A program made the position numbers and the translations under genes. DNA of 59,068 bases from Caldisericia bacterium. Lineage in GTDB: Bacteria; Caldisericota; Caldisericia; UBA6126. Positions 1 through 14,973 of this stretch are shown here, in pieces; position 1 is the stretch's first letter; each line of letters begins with the position of its first letter. The notes beneath the pieces are model-generated. The model saw only the letters and a program-made list of their open reading frames with translations. It was not told the origin of the DNA and searched no databases. The DNA is taken from assembly GCA_023146045.1 (NCBI GenBank), contig JAGLCW010000017.1, positions 1 to 59,068 of the forward strand, in the 5' to 3' direction.

Positions 1-614
1 GTTACTACATCGAGATCATGTGTTGCCATTAGAATGCTTGTTCCCATTTCGTTAATTTTACTAAATAAAGAAATTATCTCTTTGGAAGTTTGAAAATCTA
101 AGTTTCCGGTTGGTTCATCAGCCAAAAGTAGTCTTGGTTTCGTAACAATTGCTCTTGCAATTGCTACTCTCTGTTGTTCTCCACCAGACAATGTCATTGG
201 CATGCTTTTTTCTCTGTTTAACAAATCAACAATTTCAAGAACCAAGCGTACCTGTTTATTTATATAGCTTTTTGAAAAACCTGCAATTTCAAGTGCAAAT
301 GAAATGTTTTGAAATACATTTTTATATTCTATAAGGTTAAAATCTTGGAACACAATGCCAATACGCCTTCGTATTCTATAGCCACGCTTTTTTGAAACCT
401 GAGAAATCTTTAATGTTTCTAGTAAGATTTCACCAGAGTCTGGGTCTTCTTGTTTCGTGATTAATCTGAATAATGTTGTTTTCCCAGCTCCAGATCTACC
501 CATTAAATAGACAAACTCACCTTCTTGGATTGAAAAACTTACATTCTCTAGTGCTTTAACGTTTGGCTTGTATACTTTTGTAACATCTCTAATTTGAAGA
601 ATTTGGGAAGTCAT
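1..614 (-). CDS. ftsE: Cell division ABC ATP-binding protein FtsE (3' end runs off the window; not in ORF track)
   Basis: Manual translation from ATG at 614: MTSQILQIRDVTKVYKPNVKALENVSFSIQEGEFVYLMGRSGAGKTT (Walker A), then SGGEQQRVAIARA, LLLADEPTGNLD and ATHD, an FtsE-type ABC ATPase. Confidence 0.8.
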   Translation of the reverse strand, partial: MTSQILQIRDVTKVYKPNVKALENVSFSIQEGEFVYLMGRSGAGKTTLFRLITKQEDPDSGEILLETLKISQVSKKRGYRIRRRIGIVFQDFNLIEYKNVFQNISFALEIAGFSKSYINKQVRLVLEIVDLLNREKSMPMTLSGGEQQRVAIARAIVTKPRLLLADEPTGNLDFQTSKEIISLFSKINEMGTSILMATHDLDVV

Positions 615-1502
615 TTAGTCCCTTTTCCTTTCAAAACCTTCACCTACAACCTCATCCAAAGATCCAATCATGACAAATGCTTTTGGATCAAATGACATAA
701 CTTGTTTTTTGAAAGTTGAGTATTGCCTTCTGGAAAAAGCGCAAATTAGAATTGTTTTACCAGACTTGGTGTATCCGCCTTTTCCCTCCAACATTGTTAC
801 CCCTCTGTCCATTTCTTTAATAATAAAGTCTTTAATTTCTTCATCTTTAGAAGTTACAACAAGCGCAGCTTTAGAAGAAGATAGACCCTCCTGAACAAGA
901 TCTATCATTTTACCAACCACTATTATTCCAAGAAGTGGTAACAATGCCAGATCTGCATCTTTAAAAATTAACGCTGAGGACAGTATTACAATCCCATCCA
1001 ATGATATTACTATTTGCCCAAAAGACGCATTTGTATATGTTTTAACTATTTGAGCCAGCATATCAGTTCCGCCCAATGAGCCGTAAGATCTATAAAGCAT
1101 TCCTATTCCAAATCCAGAAAGAACTGCTCCGTAAAGAACAGATATTAGTAAGTCTGGATGAATATCTAAAGATGGTATTACATATTTTGAGAAAAAATCT
1201 ATCGCTAATGAATTAGCTACTACAGATATAAAAGTTGTTAAAATTACTCTTTTTTGTAGACGAAAAAATGCCCATATAAATATCGGGATATTCAATACTA
1301 AATATATTACTCCTACTGGATATTTTGCCTCTATTAAGTAATAAATTATAATAGCAATCCCATTAATCCCACCTAGCGTTAGCTTATTAGGGATTAAAAA
1401 TAAGGAATAGCCAAAAGCGTCTACAAATGTACCTAGAATAACTCCCAAAAAATTAGCCCTTATTCTAGGTACTTCAGTTTGTGTAATTGTATCGTTCACC
1501 AC
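615..1502 (-). CDS. YitT family membrane protein (DUF161/DUF2179)
   Basis: GGINGIA, LNIPIF and GSLGGTD motifs; C-terminal RGVT..GKGGYT..DPKAF..V.GEGF domain; SD GGAGG upstream of GTG start. Confidence 0.9.
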   Translation of the reverse strand: MVNDTITQTEVPRIRANFLGVILGTFVDAFGYSLFLIPNKLTLGGINGIAIIIYYLIEAKYPVGVIYLVLNIPIFIWAFFRLQKRVILTTFISVVANSLAIDFFSKYVIPSLDIHPDLLISVLYGAVLSGFGIGMLYRSYGSLGGTDMLAQIVKTYTNASFGQIVISLDGIVILSSALIFKDADLALLPLLGIIVVGKMIDLVQEGLSSSKAALVVTSKDEEIKDFIIKEMDRGVTMLEGKGGYTKSGKTILICAFSRRQYSTFKKQVMSFDPKAFVMIGSLDEVVGEGFERKRD

Positions 1503-1510
1503 ATCCTCCG

Positions 1511-3208
1511 TTAAAATTTTATCATTATTTCTTTTGTTGAAGGTAAGTATTCAACTACAGAACCAAAAGCTTCAGATATAAACCTTAACGGTACCATAGT
1601 TCTTTGGTTGGTGATAAATGGCTCGCCATCCAGAACAATATATTGTGTATCTTTTGTATCACTTTCTATTCTTGCACTTACACTACCTATTTTTAAAAAG
1701 ACATGCGTGCCCACAAGAGAGATGTGAATCTCCTTTGTTTCCTGATTCCATTCCATGTCTGCTCCATATATATCAGTAATTGTATTTATTGGTACAAACA
1801 CTCTACCGTTTACAATCTGTGGCGGTGTATCTAGTGCAAATTCTTTGTCATTAAAAACTCCCAGAGTCTTCCCTATGGTCAAAACTATTAAGTTGTCTAA
1901 TACTGGTTTGTAAAAGAAAACTGCATACTTTGTTAATTTATTTCCAATGGCATCTTTTGATGTAAAAATTAGCTGGTTGATTTTTTGTATCACCTGGTAA
2001 GATATTTGGAATGTACCATCTTTTTTGACAAGAACTTCAGCTCCATTAAAGCTCAAAAATGATCCATAATCTGTTTTTCCTGTTACTTTAACACTCTTAT
2101 CGCTTGTTACCATTGGAACAGGATCTAGTATTAGCATAGGTGGTGTTGTATCTAATTCTATTTGAATTGTTTCTGATCGAGTATTGTTATGAGCATCCCA
2201 AACTGAAACAATAAATGTGTTCATTCCTTCATCTAGTATTGTTCTATAGTAGAAAACACCATCTTCTTGATCCACTGCTATGCGCTGTTTATTTATGCTT
2301 GCATAGCTTCCTGGTTCTGTTTCGCATAAAAAGAACAATTTGCTTTGTTTTGTTTTGAATCCATCATCTGGAGTTAATATTGTCAATGGTGGAGCTTTTG
2401 AATCTATAGTTTTTTCAACATATATTGAGACTGGGAGTTCTATCTGTCCACCATTGCTTTGAATTCCAATATTCCCCTTGTACGATTGGTTTGGTGGCAA
2501 CAGCGTTGTATCGGCAGTAATTGTAATTTCAGTTTCACCGGTAAACCTTTTTGGAGTTACCTTTAGCCATGGAGTATACGAATCAAGAGTTCCGGATATT
2601 TCTCCTTCTCCTGAATTAAATACTTTAAATGTTTTTGTTGGTATTTTTGCAAATTGTACGTTTCCAAAGTCTATAGACCCTGGATCAACGGACAATATCG
2701 GCTCATGAGAAAGCTCATAAATCTCAATTTCAAAAGAATCTGCTTCACACTGCATTTCCATTAATTCACTATTCATTAAAGTTAGATCACTTATCGCAAA
2801 CAGTGCTTTGCCTATAAATTTTGGTTTGCATATTAATGTAAAAAGCGTTCCGCTAACATCAATACCATCAGATTTTCCCAATATAGCGGATCCAATATTT
2901 ATTATTCCATTTTCAGTAACTTTTCTTTGAAATGAAGCATCTTTGCCATTATCTTGGAAAATACTTCCTTGAATTAAGTCTACGTATTCAACTTTATTTT
3001 GTGGATAAGAAAAGGACAATGAATACCCAAATAAATCTTTTGCGTTGCTAATTTTTACTGTAATCTCGATTTTTTGTTCTTCAACAGAATATTTGGTTTT
3101 TTCCGAAGATATAGTTATGCTTGTTTGCTCTGCAAAAACACTTTTTAGCTGTACATTCAATGCAAAAAAAATAGCCAGAATCGTAATGCTAGCAACTATC
3201 CTTCTCAT
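1511..3208 (-). CDS. Secreted surface protein: cohesin-like, BACON/Ig-like, two Ig-like domains and C-terminal copper amine oxidase N-terminal (stalk) domain
   Basis: Start moved to MRRIV (ATG 3208, AGGAG upstream); signal peptide; DLFGYSLSFSY..GTLFTL cohesin-like; IDFGNV..PWLKVTP BACON-like; PQIVNGRVFVP and RTMVPLRFISEAFG stalk motifs. Confidence 0.75.
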   Translation of the reverse strand: MRRIVASITILAIFFALNVQLKSVFAEQTSITISSEKTKYSVEEQKIEITVKISNAKDLFGYSLSFSYPQNKVEYVDLIQGSIFQDNGKDASFQRKVTENGIINIGSAILGKSDGIDVSGTLFTLICKPKFIGKALFAISDLTLMNSELMEMQCEADSFEIEIYELSHEPILSVDPGSIDFGNVQFAKIPTKTFKVFNSGEGEISGTLDSYTPWLKVTPKRFTGETEITITADTTLLPPNQSYKGNIGIQSNGGQIELPVSIYVEKTIDSKAPPLTILTPDDGFKTKQSKLFFLCETEPGSYASINKQRIAVDQEDGVFYYRTILDEGMNTFIVSVWDAHNNTRSETIQIELDTTPPMLILDPVPMVTSDKSVKVTGKTDYGSFLSFNGAEVLVKKDGTFQISYQVIQKINQLIFTSKDAIGNKLTKYAVFFYKPVLDNLIVLTIGKTLGVFNDKEFALDTPPQIVNGRVFVPINTITDIYGADMEWNQETKEIHISLVGTHVFLKIGSVSARIESDTKDTQYIVLDGEPFITNQRTMVPLRFISEAFGSVVEYLPSTKEIMIKF

Positions 3209-3425
3209 TGTTTTCTCCTTCTTGAAATTTCCTAGGTTCACTTTGATTTTTAAATTTTAAAGTAGAATCTAAAATTACTGGTAAAGAATAAAAAATTTTT
3301 TTTATGGTTTTTTTTCTCGATTTTGAAAATAATACTCCTTTTATTGGAGTAAACAATATTGCCAACAATAACCCTATCGAAAATCCCGTAATAAGCCCAG
3401 CGATTCTTTCTTTATTTTCCATCAT
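3189..3425 (-). CDS. Small single-TM protein, YtxH-like N-terminus
   Basis: GLITGFSIGLLLAILFTPIKG resembles the YtxH G..IG....LL.AP.SG pattern; ATGA overlap with the upstream rseC-like gene. Confidence 0.55.
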   Translation of the reverse strand: MMENKERIAGLITGFSIGLLLAILFTPIKGVLFSKSRKKTIKKIFYSLPVILDSTLKFKNQSEPRKFQEGENNEKDSC

Positions 3426-3826
3426 ATCTTCTCAACAATTCTAATTACTTTAATTTTGGCTTTAAATTTCTTATCAAAGCTATATGCACAAACAACAGCA
3501 ACGAGAAACAATACACCACCGTAAATAGCTTGCTTGGTGATATCACCATTTCCAAGAATAATTCCAAAAACAAGCATGAATACAGGAAAAAGTAAACTTA
3601 CAACAACTGCTATAATAATTTTTGTGTTCTCTATTAGTAGTTCAACCGTATCTCCGATTTGTGCAAAAGAAATGTCATCAACAAAAACTAGATCGTTATT
3701 TTTGCAATCCGAATGACAACTGTTACATTGTGAACCACAATTTTCTGATTCACCGTTATTTCCTTTTGTCAAAACAACCCAACCGCCACTACCAATAACT
3801 TTTTTTACAACTGCTTCATGAAACAT
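3422..3826 (-). CDS. RseC/MucC family (SoxR-reducing system) membrane protein
   Basis: CGSQCNSCHSDC cysteine cluster, AQIGDTVEL, then two TM helices; SD GGAG upstream. Confidence 0.75.
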   Translation of the reverse strand: MFHEAVVKKVIGSGGWVVLTKGNNGESENCGSQCNSCHSDCKNNDLVFVDDISFAQIGDTVELLIENTKIIIAVVVSLLFPVFMLVFGIILGNGDITKQAIYGGVLFLVAVVCAYSFDKKFKAKIKVIRIVEKI

Positions 3827-3848
3827 TTATCTCTCCGTCCATATCAAA

Positions 3849-4024
3849 AAACCCCCAAGATGGCGTCAAAATATAGACCATAGAACCGCACAAAACTTAA
3901 TATGGGAATTAACATATCGTTCGGGTACTAAAGTAAAACAAAAGCGCCACTCCAGATACATTGCAACCGTTATGCAATCCATTTGCGTCCTAGTCTATAC
4001 TCACAACAACCATCGCAGGGTGTT
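3849..4024 (-). ncRNA. ssrS: Probable 6S RNA
   Basis: About 175 nt intergenic element with end-to-end pairing (CCC..GAUGG/CCAUC..GGG, UAUAGAC/GUCUAUA, UAGGA/UUCUA, CGCA/UGCG), central bubble, apical stem and 3' U-tract; TATAAT 7 nt upstream. Confidence 0.75.
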
Positions 4025-4031
4025 ACTTATT

Positions 4032-4059
4032 ATTATACAGAATTTGTAGATTATGAAAA
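4032..4059 (-). promoter_or_regulatory. Sigma70-type promoter for 6S RNA
   Basis: TATAAT on the minus strand at 4037-4032, with a weak TTTTCA -35-like hexamer 16 bp upstream. Confidence 0.5.
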
Positions 4060-4169
4060 GGAATTTCAATAGTAACCATAAAATATTGCAAAATGATTAC
4101 AAAACACCCTTTACAAGTTTTTAACATTTGTTAAACATCCTATGTATCTTTTTTTACAAGGAGAATAAA

Positions 4170-4697
4170 ATGATTGTTTCTTTTAAAACATGGACTCCGT
4201 CTATAAGAGAATGTAGTTTTGTGGCACCAGACAGTTCAATTATCGGTGATGTTTTCGCTAAAAGTAATAGCAGCATATGGTATCAAGTCGTACTTAGGGC
4301 TGACCTTGCAAGAATTGAAATTGGTGAAGGAACAAACATTCAAGAATTATCATCCATTCATGTAAAGCATAATAGCCCTGTAATAATAGGAGATTATGTT
4401 ACGGTTGGACATAACTCAATACTACATGGGTGCAAAATCGGTAACAATACACTTATCGGCATGGGAAGCATTATTCTTGATGATGCACAAATTGGCAATC
4501 AATGCATTGTTGGGGCTGGTTCATTGGTAACAGAAGGAAAAGTTTTTCCAGATGGTTGTCTAATTCTTGGTTCTCCAGCAAGAGTAATCAGAGAGTTAAC
4601 GGTTGATGAAAAAAAATCTCTTTTATCTTCAGCTGAACAATATATTAATCTAGCACTTGAAAATAAAAGTGCCGTATTAGGAGAAAATAATGTGTAA
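4170..4697 (+). CDS. Gamma carbonic anhydrase family protein (YrdA/PaaY-like)
   Basis: Hexapeptide repeats, LRAD..IEIGEGTNIQ, His ligands in SIHV and GHNSILHGC; ATG 4170 follows AAGGAG. Confidence 0.9.
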   Translation: MIVSFKTWTPSIRECSFVAPDSSIIGDVFAKSNSSIWYQVVLRADLARIEIGEGTNIQELSSIHVKHNSPVIIGDYVTVGHNSILHGCKIGNNTLIGMGSIILDDAQIGNQCIVGAGSLVTEGKVFPDGCLILGSPARVIRELTVDEKKSLLSSAEQYINLALENKSAVLGENNV

Positions 4698-5229
4698 AAC
4701 ACAAATCCAGTGTGGCGTGTCAAACCGTCATATACATGTTTGCCAACAAGATCTTGAAATTCTTTTTGGTAGTGGCTATAAACTTGCAGTTAAAAAAGAT
4801 CTTTCTCAAACTGGACAATATGCTGCAGAGGAAACTGTAAAATTAGTAACAGCAAAAAGTCAGATTGAAAACGTAAGAATCCTTGGACCAGTGAGAAAAG
4901 AAACTCAAGTAGAAATTTCTTTGACAGATACTTTTAAGCTTGGGATAAAAGCTCCATTAAAGGAATCAGGTGATTTAGAAGGTACACCTGGGATTTTAAT
5001 CGTAGGCCCAAATGGCTTTGTATTGATTAACGAAGGAGTAATAGTACCATCTAGACATCTTCATATGAACAAAGTAAATGCAGTAGCACTAAATGTAAAA
5101 GATAAACAAATTGTATCTGTTAAATGCGATGGACCAAGGTCACTAATATTTAACCAAGTTCTAGTACGAGTTAGAGAAGACTTCGTACTAGATTTTCATA
5201 TTGACACTGACGAAGCAAATGCAGCCGGT

Positions 5230-7775
<2,546 letters not shown>

Positions 7776-7795
<20 letters not shown>

Positions 7796-9317
7796 TCTTC
7801 ATAAATGAATCTGTAAATTTCTTAATTACTCTTTTTAAAGTTTCTTCAAGATTTTGTGAAATCTCTTTTTTTGTTTTTATTGAAGATACCAATCTTGGAT
7901 ATTTTGTATTCATGAATCTGAACAATGCATCTTGATACTCAAGGGTACGTTCTATTGATACATTTTCCATTAATTCTTCCTTATATGCAAAAAATATCAA
8001 TATTTGATTTTCAAAAGCTAATGGTTCTTCGTTCTTTTGTTTTGCTATTTCGATTAGCTGCTCTCCACGTTTTAATCTTTTGATAGTGTCTTTATCTAAT
8101 TCTGTACCAAATTCTGTGAAAGCTTTTAAATCATTGTATTGACTCATTTCCAATCTTAAGCCAGATGACACTCTTTTCATAGCTTTAGTTTGAGCTGAAC
8201 TTCCAACACGTGAAACAGATAATCCAATGTTTACTGCTGGTCTTTTACCAGCATTAAACATGTTTTTTTCTAAATAAATCTGACCATCGGTAATTGAAAT
8301 TAAATTGGTTGGGATATACTGGGAGATATCACCACCCTGAGTTTCAACGACCGGTAATGCAGTAATAGTTCCTCCTCCAATATCTTCTATAAAACTTCCA
8401 GCACGCTCCAATAATCTTGAGTGTAAATAGAATATATCACTTGGATATGCCTCTCTCGATGGAGGTCGATGAAGTAACAACGATATTTCTCTGTATGCTT
8501 CTGCGTGTTTAGATAAATCATCATAGACAATCAATACATCTTTGCCCATTGATGCAAAATATTCAGCAACTGCTGCTCCAGAAAATGGAGCTATGTATCT
8601 TAGTGACGTTGGATCCTCAGCTAGCGAAACAATAAACACCGTGTTTTCCATTGCTTTTCTGTTGGTTAAAGTCCTAATAATGGAAGCAACGGTGGACGCA
8701 CGCTGAGAAATTGCTACAAATATACATATCGTATCTGAAGAAGCTTGGTTAATGATTGTATCGATAAGAATTGCTGATTTACCAGTTTGTCTATCTCCTA
8801 CAATCAACTCTCTTTGTCCTTTGCCGATAGGTATCATTGAGTCTATCACTTTTATTCCAGTATGTAGTGGTCTATCAACTGCTTTTCTTTCCATTACAGA
8901 TGGGGCAATTGCCTCTACTCTTTTCTTGTCACTCGTGTGAATGTCTGATTTTCCATCCAATGGCATACCTATTGGACTAATTACTCTGCCTAGCAATGCT
9001 CTCCCAACTGGCATAGTCAAAGGATTACCAGTTCTATAAATTGGATCGCCAGTATGAACTGGAGATCCTTCTTTGAGAAGAATCAATTGAACTCTATCAT
9101 TAGAAATGAAGCCAAAAACAAATGCTAAAGAATCATCGTTTATCCTTATCATTTCTCCGCAAAAGCTATTACTAATACCTCTAGCAATAAGAACTGATGC
9201 GCTGATGTTAATAACAATACCTTGTTCCAGAATAAACCCATTAAATTGATAATCAGATAATTTTTTTTGTATTTCCTGATCTATAGATGTAAACAGCTTT
9301 TTATTTTGGTCGCTCAT
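7776..9317 (-). CDS. atpA: F1 ATP synthase alpha subunit
   Basis: GQRELIVGDRQTGKS, REAYPSDIFYLHSRLLERA and YIPTNLISITDGQI motifs. Confidence 0.97.
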
Positions 9318-9319
9318 TA

Positions 9320-10084
9320 TTAACTCAATTGCTCAATTATTGACTGTATTTGTCCACTCAAACTGAAATCTAATTCATTGAAACCAAAATTTACTATTAT
9401 TCCACCAGCCATTTTATTATTACGCTGGAATTCAATAATTTGAGTGGATTTTTTAATATGTGATATCTTTTTGTGCAATTCTTCTTTAATATCCCAAGGT
9501 AAATCTACAGCAGAATAAACTACAATCGGGGAATTAGCCTTATGAGCTTCTGTTACTGCTTGTTCAAACGTAATTAAACGATTTGTTTTATCAAGAATTC
9601 TAGTTTTTTCGATATTTTCAATCACGTTAAGTATAAATTCACAATCCATACTTTTTGTCAAAACAGATGACATTACTCCATTTGAAATAACCTGTGCCAT
9701 TTTTAACGCTTGCTTTTTCAAAAGTTGATTTGAAGTTTGGAGTAAGGCATTAATCTCATCTTCTGCTGCCATAATCATATTCTTTGCTTGAGCTTTTGCA
9801 TCTTCTTTAGCTTTATTTACTATTTCGTCTGAAAGTTCATTTGCACCTGAAATAATAATTCTTGCTTGCTCTTCAGATTCAGCAATACTCCTTTGACATA
9901 AATCTTTGCTAAGTTCTCCTTGAAGTATAATTTCTTCTTTTTTTTCTTCAGAGACTCTTATCGTATCTTCTCGTTGTTCTATTATTTTTTTAACTGGTTT
10001 GTAAAAAAATAACATAAATCCCCAAAATACAAGACCAAAATTAATAATTACTCCAATAAAGGTTGTTAGATCAAACTGTAACAT
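9320..10084 (-). CDS. atpF: Fo subunit b fused to a delta-like C-terminal domain
   Basis: N-terminal INF..FFYKPV..I.QRE and coiled coil (b subunit); C-terminal VYSAVDL..MAGGIIV..LDFSLSGQI (delta/OSCP C-terminal motif); 254 aa. Confidence 0.88.
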   Translation of the reverse strand: MLQFDLTTFIGVIINFGLVFWGFMLFFYKPVKKIIEQREDTIRVSEEKKEEIILQGELSKDLCQRSIAESEEQARIIISGANELSDEIVNKAKEDAKAQAKNMIMAAEDEINALLQTSNQLLKKQALKMAQVISNGVMSSVLTKSMDCEFILNVIENIEKTRILDKTNRLITFEQAVTEAHKANSPIVVYSAVDLPWDIKEELHKKISHIKKSTQIIEFQRNNKMAGGIIVNFGFNELDFSLSGQIQSIIEQLS

Positions 10085-10096
10085 ATTTTACACCTA

Positions 10097-10363
10097 TCAA
10101 GGAAGAATGTAGCTAATGAATGGGTTTGCAAATAATATTATGAGCGCAACAGCTAAAGCGTAAATTGCTAAAGACTCTATCAAAGCTAATGATAAAATCA
10201 ACGAACTGTTTATACCACCCTGTGCTTCAGGTTGACGCGCCATTGCTTCGAAAGCTGCAGCTGCAGCTTTCCCTTGTGCAGCAGCTCCACCAATAACAGC
10301 CAGCGCGATTGTTAATCCAGGTACAATAATAGAAATAGCATAAAATGCTAAAGCGTTGTCCAT
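10097..10363 (-). CDS. atpE: Fo subunit c
   Basis: Helical hairpin with ARQPEA loop and IESLAIY carboxylate motif; SD AGGAGG. Confidence 0.97.
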   Translation of the reverse strand: MDNALAFYAISIIVPGLTIALAVIGGAAAQGKAAAAAFEAMARQPEAQGGINSSLILSLALIESLAIYALAVALIILFANPFISYILP

Positions 10364-10372
10364 GAAATCCTC

Positions 10373-11092
10373 CTATGTGTGAACACCAATTGTTTCTTTA
10401 ATGTAAATAAGTATAAGTAAGGAAAATACATATGCCTGTATCAAGCCAGTAAACATTCCAAGTACAATAAGCAAAACTGGTACGACAAAACTAATCAAGT
10501 AAAAAACTATTTCGTAAACAACATGTTCTCCGAATAAGTTTCCAAATAGGCGGACAGATAAAGAAATTGGTTTAACTAATTCTTCAATTATGTTGATTGG
10601 TAGCATAAATGGATAAGGCTCAATGAAATGGTGTAGCCACTTTCCAATACCCATAGCCCCAATTGATGCTCCATGAACATATAGTATACCAGTAATTGCT
10701 AACCCCAATGTAACACTTAAATCTATATTAGGAGAAACTATCCAGTGCATTCCCATACCACCTAATGGTGAGAATAAACCAAGAAAGTTTGAGAATACTA
10801 TTATCCCAAACAAAGAGCCGATGAAAGGCATATATGAGTCTCCTATTTCGCCAATAATACTCCTAGTAAAATTGCGTAAAGCAAGAAAAATTAGCTCTCC
10901 AATTGAAGCTAAAACCTTCGGTTTACCGTTTTTTACAGATTTTCCTAGTAGTATTACAAATAATAGAAAAGAAGCTCCGGAAACAATCGAAGCTACAAGA
11001 GTAGATGAAAAAACAATACTTCCTTCACCAACAGGTATTTCAAATATTGGTCGTATTGAATGCTGTATAATCTCTTGCAGGGATTCTGTCAT
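10373..11092 (-). CDS. atpB: Fo subunit a
   Basis: KPISLSVRLFGN (essential Arg) and GLIQAYVFSLL motifs. Confidence 0.96.
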   Translation of the reverse strand: MTESLQEIIQHSIRPIFEIPVGEGSIVFSSTLVASIVSGASFLLFVILLGKSVKNGKPKVLASIGELIFLALRNFTRSIIGEIGDSYMPFIGSLFGIIVFSNFLGLFSPLGGMGMHWIVSPNIDLSVTLGLAITGILYVHGASIGAMGIGKWLHHFIEPYPFMLPINIIEELVKPISLSVRLFGNLFGEHVVYEIVFYLISFVVPVLLIVLGMFTGLIQAYVFSLLILIYIKETIGVHT

Positions 11093-11379
11093 TTATAAAT
11101 CTCCTTGCGGTGCTTTTTTTTATAAACAATAATGCTAATGAATAGCGTAATTATTGAAGAAGCCATAGCAACAAGCCAATAACTAATTCCAATTAATCCT
11201 GGGATAAATAATAACACAGGGATAATAAGCATAAAAAGACCATTAAACACAGAAGGTGTTTTCTTTTGCAATAAGGATGTTTCCAATTTTTTTACGTATA
11301 TTTTACCACTAAAATACGTCACAACAAACCCATAAAACACCGTAATAATAATTATCCATAAGTTAACATTTTCAAACAT
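11089..11379 (-). CDS. Small membrane protein, probable AtpI/AtpZ-like first gene of the atp operon
   Basis: Three hydrophobic segments, 4-nt overlap with atpB, SD GGAGG; assignment mostly by position. Confidence 0.55.
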   Translation of the reverse strand: MFENVNLWIIIITVFYGFVVTYFSGKIYVKKLETSLLQKKTPSVFNGLFMLIIPVLLFIPGLIGISYWLVAMASSIITLFISIIVYKKKHRKEIYK

Positions 11380-11512
11380 AACATTTATCCTCCGACAAGG
11401 TTTTATTTTAGCTTTACACTTAGTTTGTCAAATTCATTTTTCAAAATCATCAAACTTAATCTCTTTATATAGCTCTATCCTTTCATATAATATTAGTGGA
11501 TAGTTTTTTTAA

Positions 11513-14062
<2,550 letters not shown>

Positions 14063-14070
<8 letters not shown>

Positions 14071-14311
14071 AGTAATAATTAATGTTGACCCAAAAAAAAG
14101 TATTCTCGATCCTCAAGGAAAAACTGTTCTTCGAGCACTAAATAATCTTGGTTTTTCCAGTGCCGAAGAAGTTAGAATTGGTAAACATATAGTTGTCATG
14201 CTTGACGTAGAGTCAGAAAACCAAGCCATTGAATCAGCAAGAAGTATGTGCACTGCTTTGCTTTTTAATCCTCTCACAGAAGAATTTACTATAGATGTTG
14301 AACCATGTTAA
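14063..14311 (+). CDS. purS: FGAM synthase subunit PurS
   Basis: ILDPQGK, VRIGK and LLFNP motifs; position before purQ. Confidence 0.95.
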
Positions 14312-14973
14312 CAATTGGAGTAGTAGTTTTTCCTGGATCAAATTGTGACTTAGATGCATTAAGAGCCGTTAATGAAGTAATGAGTTGCAATGCAGTGCCT
14401 TTGTGGCACATGGACACTAACATACAGGCAGATGCAATTGTGTTACCTGGTGGTTTTTCTTATGGTGATTACCTTAGACCTGGTGCAATTGCTACACACT
14501 CCAGCATAATGAAAACAGTTAAAACATTTGCTGAAAATGGTGGCCCAGTTATTGGTATTTGCAATGGGTTCCAAATATTAACAGAGTCAGGGCTTTTACC
14601 TGGAACTTTGTTAACAAACAACTCAACTAGATTTATTTCAAAAGATATATCGTTAAACATTGTTACCAACAGAACTCCTTTTACAAAACTCTTTAAACCT
14701 AATCAACAGATAACAATGCCTATTGCACATAAAGATGGCAATTATCAAGCAGATGCATCTACGTTGGCATCTCTTAAAAATAATGATCAAATAGTCTTTA
14801 CATATAACAATAATCCAAACGGATCAGTTGAAAATATAGCTGGAATCTGCAATAAAGAAGGAAATGTGCTTGGTATGATGCCACACCCAGAAAGAGCTAT
14901 TTCAAAATGGACGAGAAGTACTGATGGTACAATAGTATTTAAATCTTTACTACAATTTTTGGAGGCAAAATAA
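14305..14973 (+). CDS. purQ: FGAM synthase glutaminase subunit PurQ
   Basis: FPGSNCD, PGGFSYGDYLR, GICNGFQIL and MMPHPER motifs. Confidence 0.97.
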   Translation: MLTIGVVVFPGSNCDLDALRAVNEVMSCNAVPLWHMDTNIQADAIVLPGGFSYGDYLRPGAIATHSSIMKTVKTFAENGGPVIGICNGFQILTESGLLPGTLLTNNSTRFISKDISLNIVTNRTPFTKLFKPNQQITMPIAHKDGNYQADASTLASLKNNDQIVFTYNNNPNGSVENIAGICNKEGNVLGMMPHPERAISKWTRSTDGTIVFKSLLQFLEAK

